Shown: piece after piece, positions 26,905-37,785 of the stretch
How the letters are laid out: each line of letters opens with the position of its first letter
Numbering within the stretch: position 1 is the first letter of the stretch
Assembly (NCBI GenBank): GCA_022841625.1
Contig: JALHRD010000013.1
Coordinates: 24,577 to 88,576 of the forward strand
DNA length: 64,000 nucleotides
Source: Xanthobacteraceae bacterium
Lineage (GTDB): Bacteria; Pseudomonadota; Alphaproteobacteria; Rhizobiales; Xanthobacteraceae
Reading direction: 5' to 3'
The notes under the pieces: model-generated
Seen by the model: only the letters and a program-made list of their open reading frames with translations
Database searches by the model: none
What the model was told of the DNA's origin: nothing
Position numbers and translations under genes: made by a program

Positions 26905-29325
26905 TCAGTCGGTGTCGTTGCCCATCAAAATTTCGCGCTTTCCGGCATGATTGGGCTGCCCAATCACGCCTTCGTGCTCCATCCGTTCTATCAGCGAAGC
27001 CGCGCGATTGTAGCCGATCTGCAATCGGCGCTGGATGTAGCTGGTCGAAGCTTTCTTGTCGCGCAGCACAATCTGCACCGCCTGCTGGTAGAGGTCCGTT
27101 GCATCGCCGGTCGCGCCCATGCTGGTGGCGTCGAATATCGGGTTGCCGTTTTCGTCGACTTCCTCGTCCGGGGTCGTTACCGCGTCGAGATATTGCGGTG
27201 TGCCCTGGGCCTTGAGGTGGCGCACGACCTTCTCGACTTCCTCGTCGGAAACGAACGGCCCGTGAACGCGGCTGATTCGACCGCCGCCGGCCATGTAAAG
27301 CATGTCGCCCTGACCGAGCAGTTGCTCGGCGCCTTGTTCGCCCAGGATGGTTCGACTGTCGATCTTGGACGTTACCTGGAACGAAATACGCGTTGGGAAA
27401 TTCGCCTTGATCGTGCCGGTGATGACGTCGACGGACGGACGTTGCGTGGCGAGGATCACATGCAGGCCGGCGGCGCGCGCCATCTGCGCAAGCCGCTGCA
27501 CGGCGCCTTCGATGTCCTTGCCGGCCACCATCATCAGGTCGGCCATTTCGTCCACGATGATGACGATAAAGGGCAGGGGCTCAAGATCGAGCTGTTCATC
27601 CTCGTAGATCGCCTCGCCGCTGTCTTTGTCGTAACCGGTATGAACTGTGCGGGACAGCTTCTCACCCTTGCTCTTGGCTTCCACAACGCGTGCATTGTAG
27701 CCTTCGATATTGCGCACGCCGAGTTTCGACATCTTCTTGTAGCGTTCCTCCATCTCGCGCACGGCCCATTTGAGCGCGACGATGGCCTTTTTCGGGTCGG
27801 TCACGACCGGCGTCAGAAGATGAGGGATTGCATCGTAGACCGACAGCTCGAGCATCTTGGGGTCAACCATGATCAGCCGGCATTGCTCCGGTGTGAGCCG
27901 GTAAAGCAAGCTCAGGATCATTGTGTTGATGGCGACCGATTTGCCGGAGCCGGTGGTGCCAGCGATCAAAAGATGTGGCATGCGCGTGAGATCGACAATG
28001 ACCGGCTCGCCCCCGATGGTCTTGCCGAGGCAGAGCGGCAGTTTGGCGGAGCTCTTGGTGTAATCTTCCACCGCCAGCAATTCGCGCAAATATACTTTTT
28101 CGCGTTGCGGATTGGGCAGCTCGATGCCGATGGCGTTGCGTCCGAAGACGACCGCGACACGCGCGGACAACGCGCTCATGGAGCGGGCGATGTCATCGGC
28201 CAATGCAATGACGCGCGACGACTTGATGCCGGGCGCGGGTTCCAACTCATAGAGCGTTACAACCGGGCCCGGCCGGGCATTGATGATTTCGCCGCGCACC
28301 CCGAAATCGCCCAAGACGCCTTCCAGGGCGGTGGCGTTTTCCTCGATGATGTCGTTGCTGAGGGTCGTGCGTTCGCGAGATTTCGGAGCCGACAGCAGCT
28401 CGAGTGCCGGCATCTTATATCCGGCGCGGCGCTGCTGTGCAGTAAGACGCGATTTACGCGGGGCCTCTTCCTCTTCGTCCTCTTCGTCGTCGTCCTCTTC
28501 GTCGTCCTCGTCTTCGGCGTCGTCCTTGACCGGTGCGCCCTTAAAGCCATCGAAACGCGGTTCGACACGCCCTGCTGCCGCCTGTTGTAGTGCGACGCGT
28601 TCGCTTCGGCGGCGCTCCATCCAGCGGGCCAATCGGGATTTGAGACTGAGGAATCCGTGGGTAATGAAGCCGAGCGAAATCAGACCGCGGCTCGGTCGCG
28701 ACGCCGTTTCTTCATCGTCTTCGTCTTCCTCAACAGCATCGACTTCAGGGGGCGTGCGCCAGCCAAATCCAAATGTCAAAGCCAGGGCGATGGAGGCGCC
28801 GACGCAGGTCGCGGCGCCAATGATTATGCGGGCGATGCCGAGCGCATCGTTGCCGGCGATCCAGATCGCGAACCGCAGCAGGGCATCGCCGGTGACGCCA
28901 CCCAGGCCGGCCGGCAGCGGCCAAGCCGATGTGCGCGGCAGGCATGCGGCAAAGCTTGCCACCAGCACGACGGCGACAACCCATGCGATCACGCGCAGCC
29001 ACTCGCGGCAGAGTTCGCGATGGGTGGTCAAGCGCCAGCCCCAAACGCCGATCGGGAGAATGAGCGCAATCGAGGCGACGCCGAACAACTGCATCATCAA
29101 GTCGGCGGCAATGGCGCCTGAAAAGCCGAGTAGGTTGCGTGCCGGGGCTTGGGTTGCGTGACTCAAGGATGGGTCTTGCGCGGACCAGGACGCGAGCGCG
29201 ATGGCGAACAGGACCGCGAGCAGGATCAAGCTAACGCCAACCAATTCCCGCACGCGCCGCCGCAGCGCGTCGCGCAGGCTGTCGGCGAAACTGAGACTGT
29301 CATAATCGCGGTCGATGGCCGACAT
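26905..29325 (-). CDS. ftsK: DNA translocase FtsK
   Basis: 806 aa with N-terminal TM helices and an acidic linker ([16 protein letters not shown]). The motor domain has Walker A GTTGSGKS and [12 protein letters not shown]. The gamma domain has [26 protein letters not shown]. Confidence 0.96.
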   Translation of the reverse strand: MSAIDRDYDSLSFADSLRDALRRRVRELVGVSLILLAVLFAIALASWSAQDPSLSHATQAPARNLLGFSGAIAADLMMQLFGVASIALILPIGVWGWRLTTHRELCREWLRVIAWVVAVVLVASFAACLPRTSAWPLPAGLGGVTGDALLRFAIWIAGNDALGIARIIIGAATCVGASIALALTFGFGWRTPPEVDAVEEDEDDEETASRPSRGLISLGFITHGFLSLKSRLARWMERRRSERVALQQAAAGRVEPRFDGFKGAPVKDDAEDEDDEEDDDEEDEEEEAPRKSRLTAQQRRAGYKMPALELLSAPKSRERTTLSNDIIEENATALEGVLGDFGVRGEIINARPGPVVTLYELEPAPGIKSSRVIALADDIARSMSALSARVAVVFGRNAIGIELPNPQREKVYLRELLAVEDYTKSSAKLPLCLGKTIGGEPVIVDLTRMPHLLIAGTTGSGKSVAINTMILSLLYRLTPEQCRLIMVDPKMLELSVYDAIPHLLTPVVTDPKKAIVALKWAVREMEERYKKMSKLGVRNIEGYNARVVEAKSKGEKLSRTVHTGYDKDSGEAIYEDEQLDLEPLPFIVIIVDEMADLMMVAGKDIEGAVQRLAQMARAAGLHVILATQRPSVDVITGTIKANFPTRISFQVTSKIDSRTILGEQGAEQLLGQGDMLYMAGGGRISRVHGPFVSDEEVEKVVRHLKAQGTPQYLDAVTTPDEEVDENGNPIFDATSMGATGDATDLYQQAVQIVLRDKKASTSYIQRRLQIGYNRAASLIERMEHEGVIGQPNHAGKREILMGNDTD

Positions 29326-29334
29326 GTGCGATCC

Positions 29335-30552
29335 TCAACCCAGTGTCCCAACCAGGCGATGTAGGGCCTCGGCCGTCGTATGATTGTCTTGGACCATGGC
29401 GACACGGATATAGCCGGCGCCGGGATTGAAGCCGTCATTCTGCTCGCGCGCGAGGTAGCTACCCGGAATGACGCGCAGTCCGGCCTCCGTCCATAACCGC
29501 AGGGTGACGGCCTCGTCGCCGCCATGCGCGGAGACATCGAGCCAAAGCAGGAATCCGCCGGCCGGGCGCCGGTAGCCGTAGCGATCGCCGAGAATCTGGT
29601 CGGCGAGATCGAATTTCTGAACGTAAAGTCTCCGGCTTTCCGCGACGTGGCTTTCGTCATTATAGGCGGCGATGGCGACACGCTGCGCCGGCAGGGGGAC
29701 CTGCGGCGATGACACGTTTCGCAATTCCAGGAAGCGTGCAAGAAACTTGCGATCGCCGGCGGCAAAGCCAACGCGCAGCCCCGGCAGGTTCGAGCGTTTC
29801 GACAGCGATTGGAAGGCGACGACGTTCTCGAAGTTGGGCCCGGAATGCTCGAGCATGCTGGGCGGCGGCGTCAGGGTGTAGATTTCCGAGTAACATTCAT
29901 CGCTGAACACGATGAAGCCGTAGCGGCGGGCAAGCTCTGCAAGTCGTGCGAAGTAGCCGGGGCTCGCAACCGATCCCTGAGGGTTGGCCGGCGACGCAAG
30001 GTAAAATGCCACCGTTCGTGACAGCAGCGCCTCGGACAGGGCGTCGAGGTCCGGCAGGAAGCCGGTGCGGGCGGTGGCCGGCAGGAACACCGGCTCGGCG
30101 TGGGCGGCGACCGCGCCAGCCTCGTAGGCGCCGTAAAATGGGTTGGGCATTAGAATGGCGGGCGGGCCGGATCGGCCATTGGCCCAGCGCTCGGCGGCGA
30201 TCCCGGCCAAGAACAACCCCTCGCGCGAGCCGTTGAGGATCAAGACCTCGGTCATTGGATCGACCGGACGGGGCAGGGTGAACCGCCGTCCCAGCCACGC
30301 CGCGGCTGCGGCGCAGAATTCGTCGAGTCCTTTGTTCATCGGATACTTGCCGAATTCGTCGATCGCGCCGGCCAGGACTGGGCCAACGAACGACGGTACC
30401 CCGTGCTGGGGCTCGCCAACCGCGAGGCTGATGGCGGGTTTGCCGGGCGGGGTGTCGCCCAATAGTTCGCGCAGCCGCACAAATGGCGAGCGCATGGCGA
30501 GGGCCCGGTTGGGCGCGGGCGGGGACTGTCTTTCGGCGGGACTCATATACAT
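29335..30552 (-). CDS. Class I/II PLP-dependent aminotransferase, possibly DapC-like
   Basis: 405 aa with LAVGEPQ, NGSREGL, NPANPQG and FSDECYSEIY. The stop lies 9 nt before the ftsK start, so it may be co-transcribed. The start codon is uncertain (30552, 30546 or 30495). Confidence 0.83.
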   Translation of the reverse strand: MYMSPAERQSPPAPNRALAMRSPFVRLRELLGDTPPGKPAISLAVGEPQHGVPSFVGPVLAGAIDEFGKYPMNKGLDEFCAAAAAWLGRRFTLPRPVDPMTEVLILNGSREGLFLAGIAAERWANGRSGPPAILMPNPFYGAYEAGAVAAHAEPVFLPATARTGFLPDLDALSEALLSRTVAFYLASPANPQGSVASPGYFARLAELARRYGFIVFSDECYSEIYTLTPPPSMLEHSGPNFENVVAFQSLSKRSNLPGLRVGFAAGDRKFLARFLELRNVSSPQVPLPAQRVAIAAYNDESHVAESRRLYVQKFDLADQILGDRYGYRRPAGGFLLWLDVSAHGGDEAVTLRLWTEAGLRVIPGSYLAREQNDGFNPGAGYIRVAMVQDNHTTAEALHRLVGTLG

Positions 30553-30609
30553 CGACTAATCGGCGCGCATGCCGCCGCACAAGGGTTTTCCCACCATAGG
30601 CGCGACCGG

Positions 30610-30625
30610 GTTAAGGGCCGTTTAA
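30610..30625. promoter_or_regulatory. Exact match to the CtrA-box consensus TTAA-N7-TTAAC
   Basis: Read directly: TTAAgggccgtTTAAC lies 58 nt upstream of the aminotransferase ORF start. An AT-only 9-base motif is improbable by chance in such GC-rich DNA. No functional evidence. Confidence 0.3.
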
Positions 30626-30796
30626 CCAATGGGCGAATGCGGGTCTCTGATTACGCCGGTCGCAGCGGCTCGATCCGTATCCCCCGCACGGGGGATGGTT
30701 CACAAAGAACAAGGGGCCCTGGCTTGCGCCAGGACCCCCCAGACGGCGGGGGCGGTTGCCGGGTATCCGCCCCCACTGTGTTGGGCGTTCCGTCGA

Positions 30797-32263
30797 TTAC
30801 ATCGTGTAGGCGCGCTCGCCGTGGTTCACGATGTCGAGGCCTTCGCGCTCCTGCTCGACCGTGACCCGCAGGCCGACCAGGATGTCCACCACCTTGAAGA
30901 TGATGACCGAGCCGACGCCGCTCCACACCAATGTCAGCAGCACGGCCTTGGCTTGCGCAATCATCTGCGTGTCGAAGGCGTATTCGGCGATTTTGCCAGT
31001 CTCGTAGTTCATGATGCCGGTGCCGCCGAGCGACGGATTCACCAGGATGCCGGTAAGGAGGGCGCCCAGGATGCCGCCGACGCAATGCACGCCGAACACA
31101 TCGAGCGCATCGTCGTAGCCGAGCATGTTCTTGATCGTGGTGCAGAACATGAGGCACACAATGCCGGCGATCAGACCGAGCACGATTGCGCCCATCGGGC
31201 CGGCATAGCCGGCGGCGGGTGTAATCGCCACCAGGCCTGCGATGCAGCCCGACAAGGCGCCAAGCAACGAGGCTTTGCCCTTGATCAGCCATTCGGCAAA
31301 CAACCAGGACAATGCCGCCGCTGCGGTTGCGACGAAGGTGTTGATCATTGCAAGGCCGGCGGCGGCGCCGGTTGCTTCAAGCGCCGAACCGGCGTTGAAG
31401 CCGAACCAGCCGACCCACAGCAGCGCCGCGCCAATCATGGTCATGACCAGCGAGTGGGGAGGCATCAGTTCCTTGCCATAGCCGGTGCGACGGCCGACCA
31501 TGATTGCGCCGATCAAGCCGGCGAGTCCGGCATTGATGTGCACCACGGTGCCGCCCGCGAAGTCGATCGCGCCCCAGCCGAAGATCAGGCCGGCGTCGGC
31601 ATTGACCGCTTCGAGTTTGGCCGCCAATTCGGCTTTGTTGGCCGGGGTTGCCGCTGCCAGGGCCTTGGCAGCTTCGGCGATGGCGTCTGGGCCGGCCCAA
31701 TACCAGACCATGTGGGCGATCGGGAAATAGATGAAGGTCACCCACAGCGGAACAAACAGCACCACGGCGGAGAACTTCATGCGTTCCGCGAAAGCGCCGA
31801 CGATCAGCGCCGGCGTAATCACCGCAAACGTCATCTGGAAGCAAACATAGATGATTTCGGACAACGGCACGCCGACCGAGAAGGTGGCGGCGGGCGAATC
31901 GCCGGTGACGCCGCGCAGGAAGAGTTTGTCGAAGCCGCCGATAATCGAGGTGCCACCGGTGAAGGTGAGGCTGTAGCCGTAGATCACCCAGATCAACATC
32001 ACGATGCAGACCGTGTAGAAAACATGGGTGAGCACCGACAGGGCATTCTTGGGCCGCACCAGGCCGGCATAGAACAAGGCCAGGCCGGGGATGGTCATCA
32101 ACAGAACCAGCACCGTCGAGGTCATCATCCAGGCCGCGTCGCCCTTGTTGAAATTGGGCGGCGGCGGCGCGGCCGGTTCGGCGAGGCCGGGAACGGTGAG
32201 CAGGAACGCCGCACCGGCCAAAGTCAGTGCCGCCAGTCCCGCGCGGGTGAGTGTGTTAAGCAT
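30797..32263 (-). CDS. amtB: Ammonium transporter AmtB (copy 1, 488 aa)
   Basis: It has a signal peptide and the Amt signature stretches FAGGTVVHINAGLAGL and DDALDVFGVHCVGGILGALLTG. It lies immediately downstream of a P-II gene. Confidence 0.95.
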   Translation of the reverse strand: MLNTLTRAGLAALTLAGAAFLLTVPGLAEPAAPPPPNFNKGDAAWMMTSTVLVLLMTIPGLALFYAGLVRPKNALSVLTHVFYTVCIVMLIWVIYGYSLTFTGGTSIIGGFDKLFLRGVTGDSPAATFSVGVPLSEIIYVCFQMTFAVITPALIVGAFAERMKFSAVVLFVPLWVTFIYFPIAHMVWYWAGPDAIAEAAKALAAATPANKAELAAKLEAVNADAGLIFGWGAIDFAGGTVVHINAGLAGLIGAIMVGRRTGYGKELMPPHSLVMTMIGAALLWVGWFGFNAGSALEATGAAAGLAMINTFVATAAAALSWLFAEWLIKGKASLLGALSGCIAGLVAITPAAGYAGPMGAIVLGLIAGIVCLMFCTTIKNMLGYDDALDVFGVHCVGGILGALLTGILVNPSLGGTGIMNYETGKIAEYAFDTQMIAQAKAVLLTLVWSGVGSVIIFKVVDILVGLRVTVEQEREGLDIVNHGERAYTM

Positions 32264-32295
32264 TGTGATGGACTCCTTGATTTGGATGCGCGGGC

Positions 32296-32685
<390 letters not shown>

Positions 32686-32740
32686 TCACTTCGCTTCTCC
32701 GCGCGAAGGAACCGCCCGTGGGCAATGCAGGGACTCTCTA

Positions 32741-32757
32741 ATCAAGCCCCGTGCCAG
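32741..32757 (-). promoter_or_regulatory. Candidate sigma-54 (-24/-12) promoter for glnK-amtB copy 1
   Basis: The minus strand reads CTGGCACGGGGCTTGAT against the consensus TGGCAC-N5-TTGC. The -24 element and the spacing are exact, and the -12 reads TTGA instead of TTGC. It lies about 107 nt upstream of the glnK ATG. Confidence 0.35.
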
Positions 32758-33016
32758 ATCGTTGCCACGAGCCTAAGTTATTGGAAAAGCCAAACAATGC
32801 TGCGGGCGCGCATAAACCCAGCAGCGCCGCTGTGGCCGCTCGCTTAAACGCCAGTCAGGGCTGCCCAATTAGTAGGCAGTATCTATTTGGCAACCAGCCC
32901 CGCTCCCAGCCGGCTTGAAAACGTTATTCCGTGATGGCCATCACAGCCGGTCGCCGTTGCCGCCCGTAGGTATTCCGCATCAGCCCGACGATCGGGCGCT
33001 AGAGAGGAGCACCATC

Positions 33017-33910
33017 ATGGCGACGTTGACCAAATTGACTGCGGCCTCCAATCCGGGCCTTTACAATCTGGGCCTTTACATCAATGGCACCGATCTCAAC
33101 GACACGTTGTTTGGCACCGCCTATGCGGACGAGATCCACGGCGGGTTCGGCGCGGATGTTCTGTTCGGCTATGCCGGCAATGATCGGCTGTTCGGCGAGG
33201 CCGGCAACGATACGCTGAATGGCGGCATCGGTGACGACGTCCTCGACGGCGGCACGGGCAATGACCTGCTGATCGGCGGCGCGGGCGCCGACGCCTTTAT
33301 CGGCGGTGGCGGCTTCGACACCGTCAGCTACGCCTCGGCTGGCACCGCTGTGTCTATCAATGTCGCTGTCGGTGGCGCGATCGGCGACGCCCAGGGCGAT
33401 ACGTTTAACGGCATTGATAAGTTCATTGGATCGTCCTTCAGCGATACGCTGGTTGCCGACGACAGCGGCGTGGCGATCAACGGCGGCGCTGGCAACGACG
33501 ATATCTGGGGCGGTGCCGGACTCGACGTTCTCAACGGCGGCTCCGGCGACGACTGGATCGAAGGTGGCGGCGGGCTCGACGTGCTAACCGGCGGTACCGG
33601 AAACGATCACTTTGTGTTCAACCGGGGTGACGGTCCCGATCTTGTGACCGACTTTCAATCAGGCATTGACAAGATCGCTCTGCGTGATGGACTCAACTAC
33701 TTCCCCTTGGGCACTGATGGCCAACTCTGGACTGGCACCGAACTTCCTCCAGAACGCAATGGTGTTGGAGGCGGGCATCAGTTCCAGGACAAGCTGTTCT
33801 ACGACACCAACGACCACCAGCTCTATTATTTGAGCCCGTTCTATGAAGCGACGCTGATCGCGTCGTTCGGTAACGGCGCTCAATTGCAATCGAGCGACTT
33901 CATTTTCTGA
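33017..33910 (+). CDS. RTX-type (hemolysin-type) calcium-binding repeat protein
   Basis: The start was set at ATG 33017 behind AGAGGAG. It has two blocks of GGxGxD nonapeptides (GGFGADVLFGYAGNDRLFGEAGNDTLNGGIGDDVLDGGTGNDLLIGGAGAD and GGAGNDDIWGGAGLDVLNGGSGDDWIEGGGGLDVLTGGTGND). There is no N-terminal signal peptide, which is consistent with a type I secretion substrate. Confidence 0.85.
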   Translation: MATLTKLTAASNPGLYNLGLYINGTDLNDTLFGTAYADEIHGGFGADVLFGYAGNDRLFGEAGNDTLNGGIGDDVLDGGTGNDLLIGGAGADAFIGGGGFDTVSYASAGTAVSINVAVGGAIGDAQGDTFNGIDKFIGSSFSDTLVADDSGVAINGGAGNDDIWGGAGLDVLNGGSGDDWIEGGGGLDVLTGGTGNDHFVFNRGDGPDLVTDFQSGIDKIALRDGLNYFPLGTDGQLWTGTELPPERNGVGGGHQFQDKLFYDTNDHQLYYLSPFYEATLIASFGNGAQLQSSDFIF

Positions 33911-33920
33911 GCAAGGCAAT

Positions 33921-33961
33921 CTCAAATAAAAGAAGTCCCCAGCCGGATCACGGCTGGGGAC
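33921..33961 (-). terminator. Intrinsic terminator for amtB copy 2 (the hairpin may also stop the convergent RTX gene)
   Basis: GTCCCCAGCCG-gatca-CGGCTGGGGAC (33935-33961) has a perfect 11-bp stem. On the minus-strand RNA it is followed by UUCUUUUAUUUGAG. Confidence 0.65.
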
Positions 33962-33983
33962 CAGCTTCAAAGGACAGTAAAAT

Positions 33984-35318
33984 CTACTGCAACGCTTCGC
34001 CGTGCTGGGTAACGTCCAGGCCCTCGATCTCGCTCTGCTGGCTGACCCGCAGCGGCACGATCAGCGCGATCACTTTGAGGATCACAAACGTCGCAAGGCC
34101 CGACCAGACCGCGGTGACCGCTATGCCGTAGAGCTGAATCAGAACTTGCCCACCATTGCCTTCGAGCAGTCCCGCGGTGCCCGGGGTTCCCGGCGCATCC
34201 GACAGGGCGGCAACGGCGAACACGCCGCACAGCAAAGTGCCGAGCGCGCCGCCGACGCCGTGGATGCCGAACACGTCAAGCGAGTCGTCATAGCGCAATT
34301 TCTGTTTGAGCCAGGTGCAGGCCCAGTAGCAGATCCCGCCGGCCAAGAGACCGATGACCATGGCCTGCCACGGCAGCACAAAGCCCGATGCCGGGGTGAT
34401 GGTGCCGAGGCCGGCGACCGCGCCAGAGATCATGCCGAGCACCGAGGGTTTGCCGCGGGTCCACCATTCGATCGCCATCCAGGTGAGGGCGCCGACGGCG
34501 GCAGCGAGATGGGTCGCCACGATCGCAAACACCGCGCGCGAGCCCGCGCCGAGCGCGGAGCCGCCGTTGAAGCCGAACCAGCCGACCCACAACAGCCCGG
34601 TGCCGATCACCGCGAGCGCCAGGTTATAAGGCGAGAAATTATCGTTGCCGTAGCCGTGACGCGCGCCAATCACATAGGCGGCGACCAGGCCGGCAATGCC
34701 GGCATTAAGGTGCACGACCAAGCCGCCTGCGAAGTCGAGTACGCCCGCCGTCATCAGGAAGCCGCCGCCCCAGACCCAATGGGCGAGCGGCACATAAACC
34801 AGGAACAACCAGAGGATTGCGAACCATACGAAGGCGGAGAACCGCATCCGGTCGGCGACGGCTCCGGCGACCAGCGCGACGGTGATGATCGCGAAGGTCA
34901 TCTGGTAGAGCATGAACAGCATTTCGGGAATGGTCTTGGCGGCCGAATGGATGGTCTCCAGACCGATGCCTTGCAGCAGCAGCCGGTCGAGATTGCCGAG
35001 GATCGGCCCTTCGCCGCCAAAGGCCAGCGAGTAGGCGCCGACGGCCCACAGCACCGAGACCAGCGCCGCGCAGAGCAAACTTTGCGCCATGGTGGCCAGC
35101 ACATTTTTCTTGCGCACCATGCCGCAATAAAACAGCGCCAAGCCGGGTACGGTCATCAGCAGCACCAGCGCGGTGGCCGCGATCATCCAGGCGGTATCGG
35201 CGGCGTCGATCTTGGGCGGCGGCGCCGCTTCGGCGAATGCCGGCCCGATGCTGCCAAGCAACATTAGAAAAGCCGCGATGCCGGACAGCACGCGGACAGG
35301 TGACGCCTTCGTCGTCAT
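33984..35318 (-). CDS. amtB: Ammonium transporter AmtB (copy 2, 444 aa)
   Basis: It has a signal peptide, FAGGLVVHLNAGIAGL and DDSLDVFGIHGVGGALGTLLCG. It is clearly diverged from copy 1. Confidence 0.95.
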   Translation of the reverse strand: MTTKASPVRVLSGIAAFLMLLGSIGPAFAEAAPPPKIDAADTAWMIAATALVLLMTVPGLALFYCGMVRKKNVLATMAQSLLCAALVSVLWAVGAYSLAFGGEGPILGNLDRLLLQGIGLETIHSAAKTIPEMLFMLYQMTFAIITVALVAGAVADRMRFSAFVWFAILWLFLVYVPLAHWVWGGGFLMTAGVLDFAGGLVVHLNAGIAGLVAAYVIGARHGYGNDNFSPYNLALAVIGTGLLWVGWFGFNGGSALGAGSRAVFAIVATHLAAAVGALTWMAIEWWTRGKPSVLGMISGAVAGLGTITPASGFVLPWQAMVIGLLAGGICYWACTWLKQKLRYDDSLDVFGIHGVGGALGTLLCGVFAVAALSDAPGTPGTAGLLEGNGGQVLIQLYGIAVTAVWSGLATFVILKVIALIVPLRVSQQSEIEGLDVTQHGEALQ

Positions 35319-35408
35319 CGATGTTCCCCCCAGTTAAGCGCCGTTAACGGCGCCAGAGCATTCCGTTGGTCACGCTTCTGCGCGGACGAATGATATTTCG
35401 AATGACAT

Positions 35409-35798
<390 letters not shown>

Positions 35799-35956
35799 TC
35801 ACGGCGGGGCATGGATTTTGGCCCCGCAGCACCGGGTGCACGATATCGGCAACGCCAACAAAGATTAAGGCCCCAGCGCTGAAATAGTTATAGGCTGTGC
35901 CCAGAATTTGTCAGTGACAAGGTCAGGGGCGCTGACCGATGGAGTAAGAGCGGTGG

Positions 35957-36829
35957 TTAGCCCCCCGTCCGTCGCTCGCGCACCAGGCCTTCCTGCGCCA
36001 CCGAGGCTACCAGGGTGCCGTCACGCGCAAAGATCAGCCCGCGCGAAAAGCCGCGGGCGCCGGCCATGTTGGGCGAGTCCTGCGCATAGAGCAGCCAGTC
36101 GTCGGCGCGGAACGGCCGGTGCAGCCACAGCGCGTGATCGAGGCTTGCCGCCATGATGGTCTTTTCAAACACGCTGCGGCCGTGCGGCGTCAGCGCGGAA
36201 TCGAGCAGCGTCATGTCGGAGGCATAGGCCAGCACGCATTGGTGGATTGCCGGCTCGTCCGGCAATGTGCCGGTGGCGCGGATCCAGACATTGAAACGGC
36301 CGCCTTCGATCGCTTTGCCAAGATAGCGGTCATACTCGACCGGGCGCAGCTCGATCGGCCGTTCGCGCTCGTAATAACGCCGCACCGGCTCCGGCATTAG
36401 CGGCAGCACGCGCTCCCGGATTTCGGCCTCGGTCGGCAGTTCGTCGGGGGAGGGGACATCCGGCATCTTGGCCTGATGCGCGAAGCCGTCCTCGTCGCGG
36501 TGGAACGAAACCGACATGATGAAGATCGGCTGGCCGTGCTGGATCGCCTTGACCCGGCGGGTGGTGAAGCTCTTGCCGTCGCGCACGCGCTCGACGTCGT
36601 AGATGATCGGCACCTTGGGATCGCCCGGAAGCAGGAAATAGGCGTGCATCGAATGCGGCGGCCGCTCCGCGACATCGACGGTGCGGCAGGCCGCGACCAG
36701 CGCCTGCCCGATCACCTGGCCGCCGAACACCCGCTGCCAGGTCACCTGCGGCGAGCGGCCCTGGAACAGGTTCACCTCGAGCTGTTCGAGGTTGAGCGTG
36801 TCGAGCAGGGCTTGGAGGGCGGAGGACAT
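35957..36829 (-). CDS. tesB: Acyl-CoA thioesterase II
   Basis: 290 aa. Length and motifs (LFQGRSP...RVFGGQVIGQAL, HSMHAYFL, double hot-dog layout) fit TesB. tesB next to glnK-amtB is also the E. coli arrangement. Confidence 0.88.
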   Translation of the reverse strand: MSSALQALLDTLNLEQLEVNLFQGRSPQVTWQRVFGGQVIGQALVAACRTVDVAERPPHSMHAYFLLPGDPKVPIIYDVERVRDGKSFTTRRVKAIQHGQPIFIMSVSFHRDEDGFAHQAKMPDVPSPDELPTEAEIRERVLPLMPEPVRRYYERERPIELRPVEYDRYLGKAIEGGRFNVWIRATGTLPDEPAIHQCVLAYASDMTLLDSALTPHGRSVFEKTIMAASLDHALWLHRPFRADDWLLYAQDSPNMAGARGFSRGLIFARDGTLVASVAQEGLVRERRTGG

Positions 36830-37073
36830 GGCTAATAGGGATGCCGGGGTTGTAGCGGAGTCAGGTATAGACTTACTGCGCTTGATACAACTCTATTGCA
36901 CGAGGTCCCTCTCCTGTGAGGAACTCCACGCCTCTCTTGTGAGGAAGCTGTAAAGTGACTCAGTATACCTCTACATTATGCCTCCCCATTTGAGGCGTAA
37001 CCAATGTCGCTTGGTGGTGCCAGATCGACCTTGCTGGCGGTCGCGCCCGGCTGGGCCTAAGGAGCGCTCGCCG

Positions 37074-37763
37074 ATGGAATGGGATGTCTGGTTTCAGGAC
37101 AAGACCTTCACCACCGATTGGTCTTCGAGCAATTATGCCCACTGGGCGCGAAACTGTGAAAAGTTTCGCCAGCGCGCCGTTTCGGTTTTGGAGATCGGCT
37201 CGTGGGAGGGCCGGTCGGCGATCTTCTTTCTTGAGTTTCTGCCAAAGTGCCGGATCAGCTGCATCGACACGTTCGCGGCCGGGCCTGGCTACGCCTACTT
37301 GGGCGATGCGGTCGTTAACTCCATCGAGGCTCGGTTCGACTCCAATCTTTCGCCTTATCGGGATCGGGTGCGGAAGTTGACATCGCGGTCGCTTCCGGCG
37401 CTCGACCAGCTCGCGCAGGAAAACGCGACATTCGATTTGATCTATATCGACGGCAGCCATGCCCGCGACGACGTTCTGATGGACTCGGTTCAGGCTTGGC
37501 GTCTGCTCGCGCCCAACGGCATTTGCATTTGGGACGACTATACCTGGGGCTTACCCGACATGCCGTCTGCAGAGCGGCCCCAGCACGCCATCGACGCCTT
37601 CCTGGATTCGCATGCCGACGAGTTTCAGATCCTCCACACCTCCGCCCAGATCGTTGTAGAAAAGCGCCCCGGCGGCCGAGCGAATCGTGGAAACCGCCTT
37701 ACATTTCCGCGCACGGCGGCGAACTTGATGCGGTTTCTCACCCGCCGGCCGATGCGGCATTAG
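37074..37763 (+). CDS. Class I SAM-dependent methyltransferase (O-methyltransferase / Methyltransf_24-like), island MT1
   Basis: The start was set at ATG 37074 behind AAGGAG. Motif I is VLEIGSWEGRSAIFFLEF, followed by FDLIYIDGSHARDDVLMD and NGICIWDDY. Confidence 0.72.
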   Translation: MEWDVWFQDKTFTTDWSSSNYAHWARNCEKFRQRAVSVLEIGSWEGRSAIFFLEFLPKCRISCIDTFAAGPGYAYLGDAVVNSIEARFDSNLSPYRDRVRKLTSRSLPALDQLAQENATFDLIYIDGSHARDDVLMDSVQAWRLLAPNGICIWDDYTWGLPDMPSAERPQHAIDAFLDSHADEFQILHTSAQIVVEKRPGGRANRGNRLTFPRTAANLMRFLTRRPMRH

Positions 37764-37785
37764 CAAAGCGGAGATCAGCAGCACC

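Noticed and set aside
26857-28590. 577-aa plus-strand ORF overlapping ftsK
   Set aside because: It is an antisense shadow of ftsK. The minus frame has Walker A, the motor domain and gamma-domain motifs. The plus frame has none and ends in a low-complexity mirror of the acidic linker.
33017-33910. A complete RTX toxin / type I secretion locus
   Set aside because: Only the repeat protein is present. No ABC exporter, membrane-fusion protein, acyltransferase or TolC-like gene lies within the window.
35331-35346. TTAAgcgccgTTAAC as a second CtrA box
   Set aside because: The spacer is 6 nt, not 7. The sequence is better explained as part of the 16-bp palindrome GCGCCGTTAACGGCGC.
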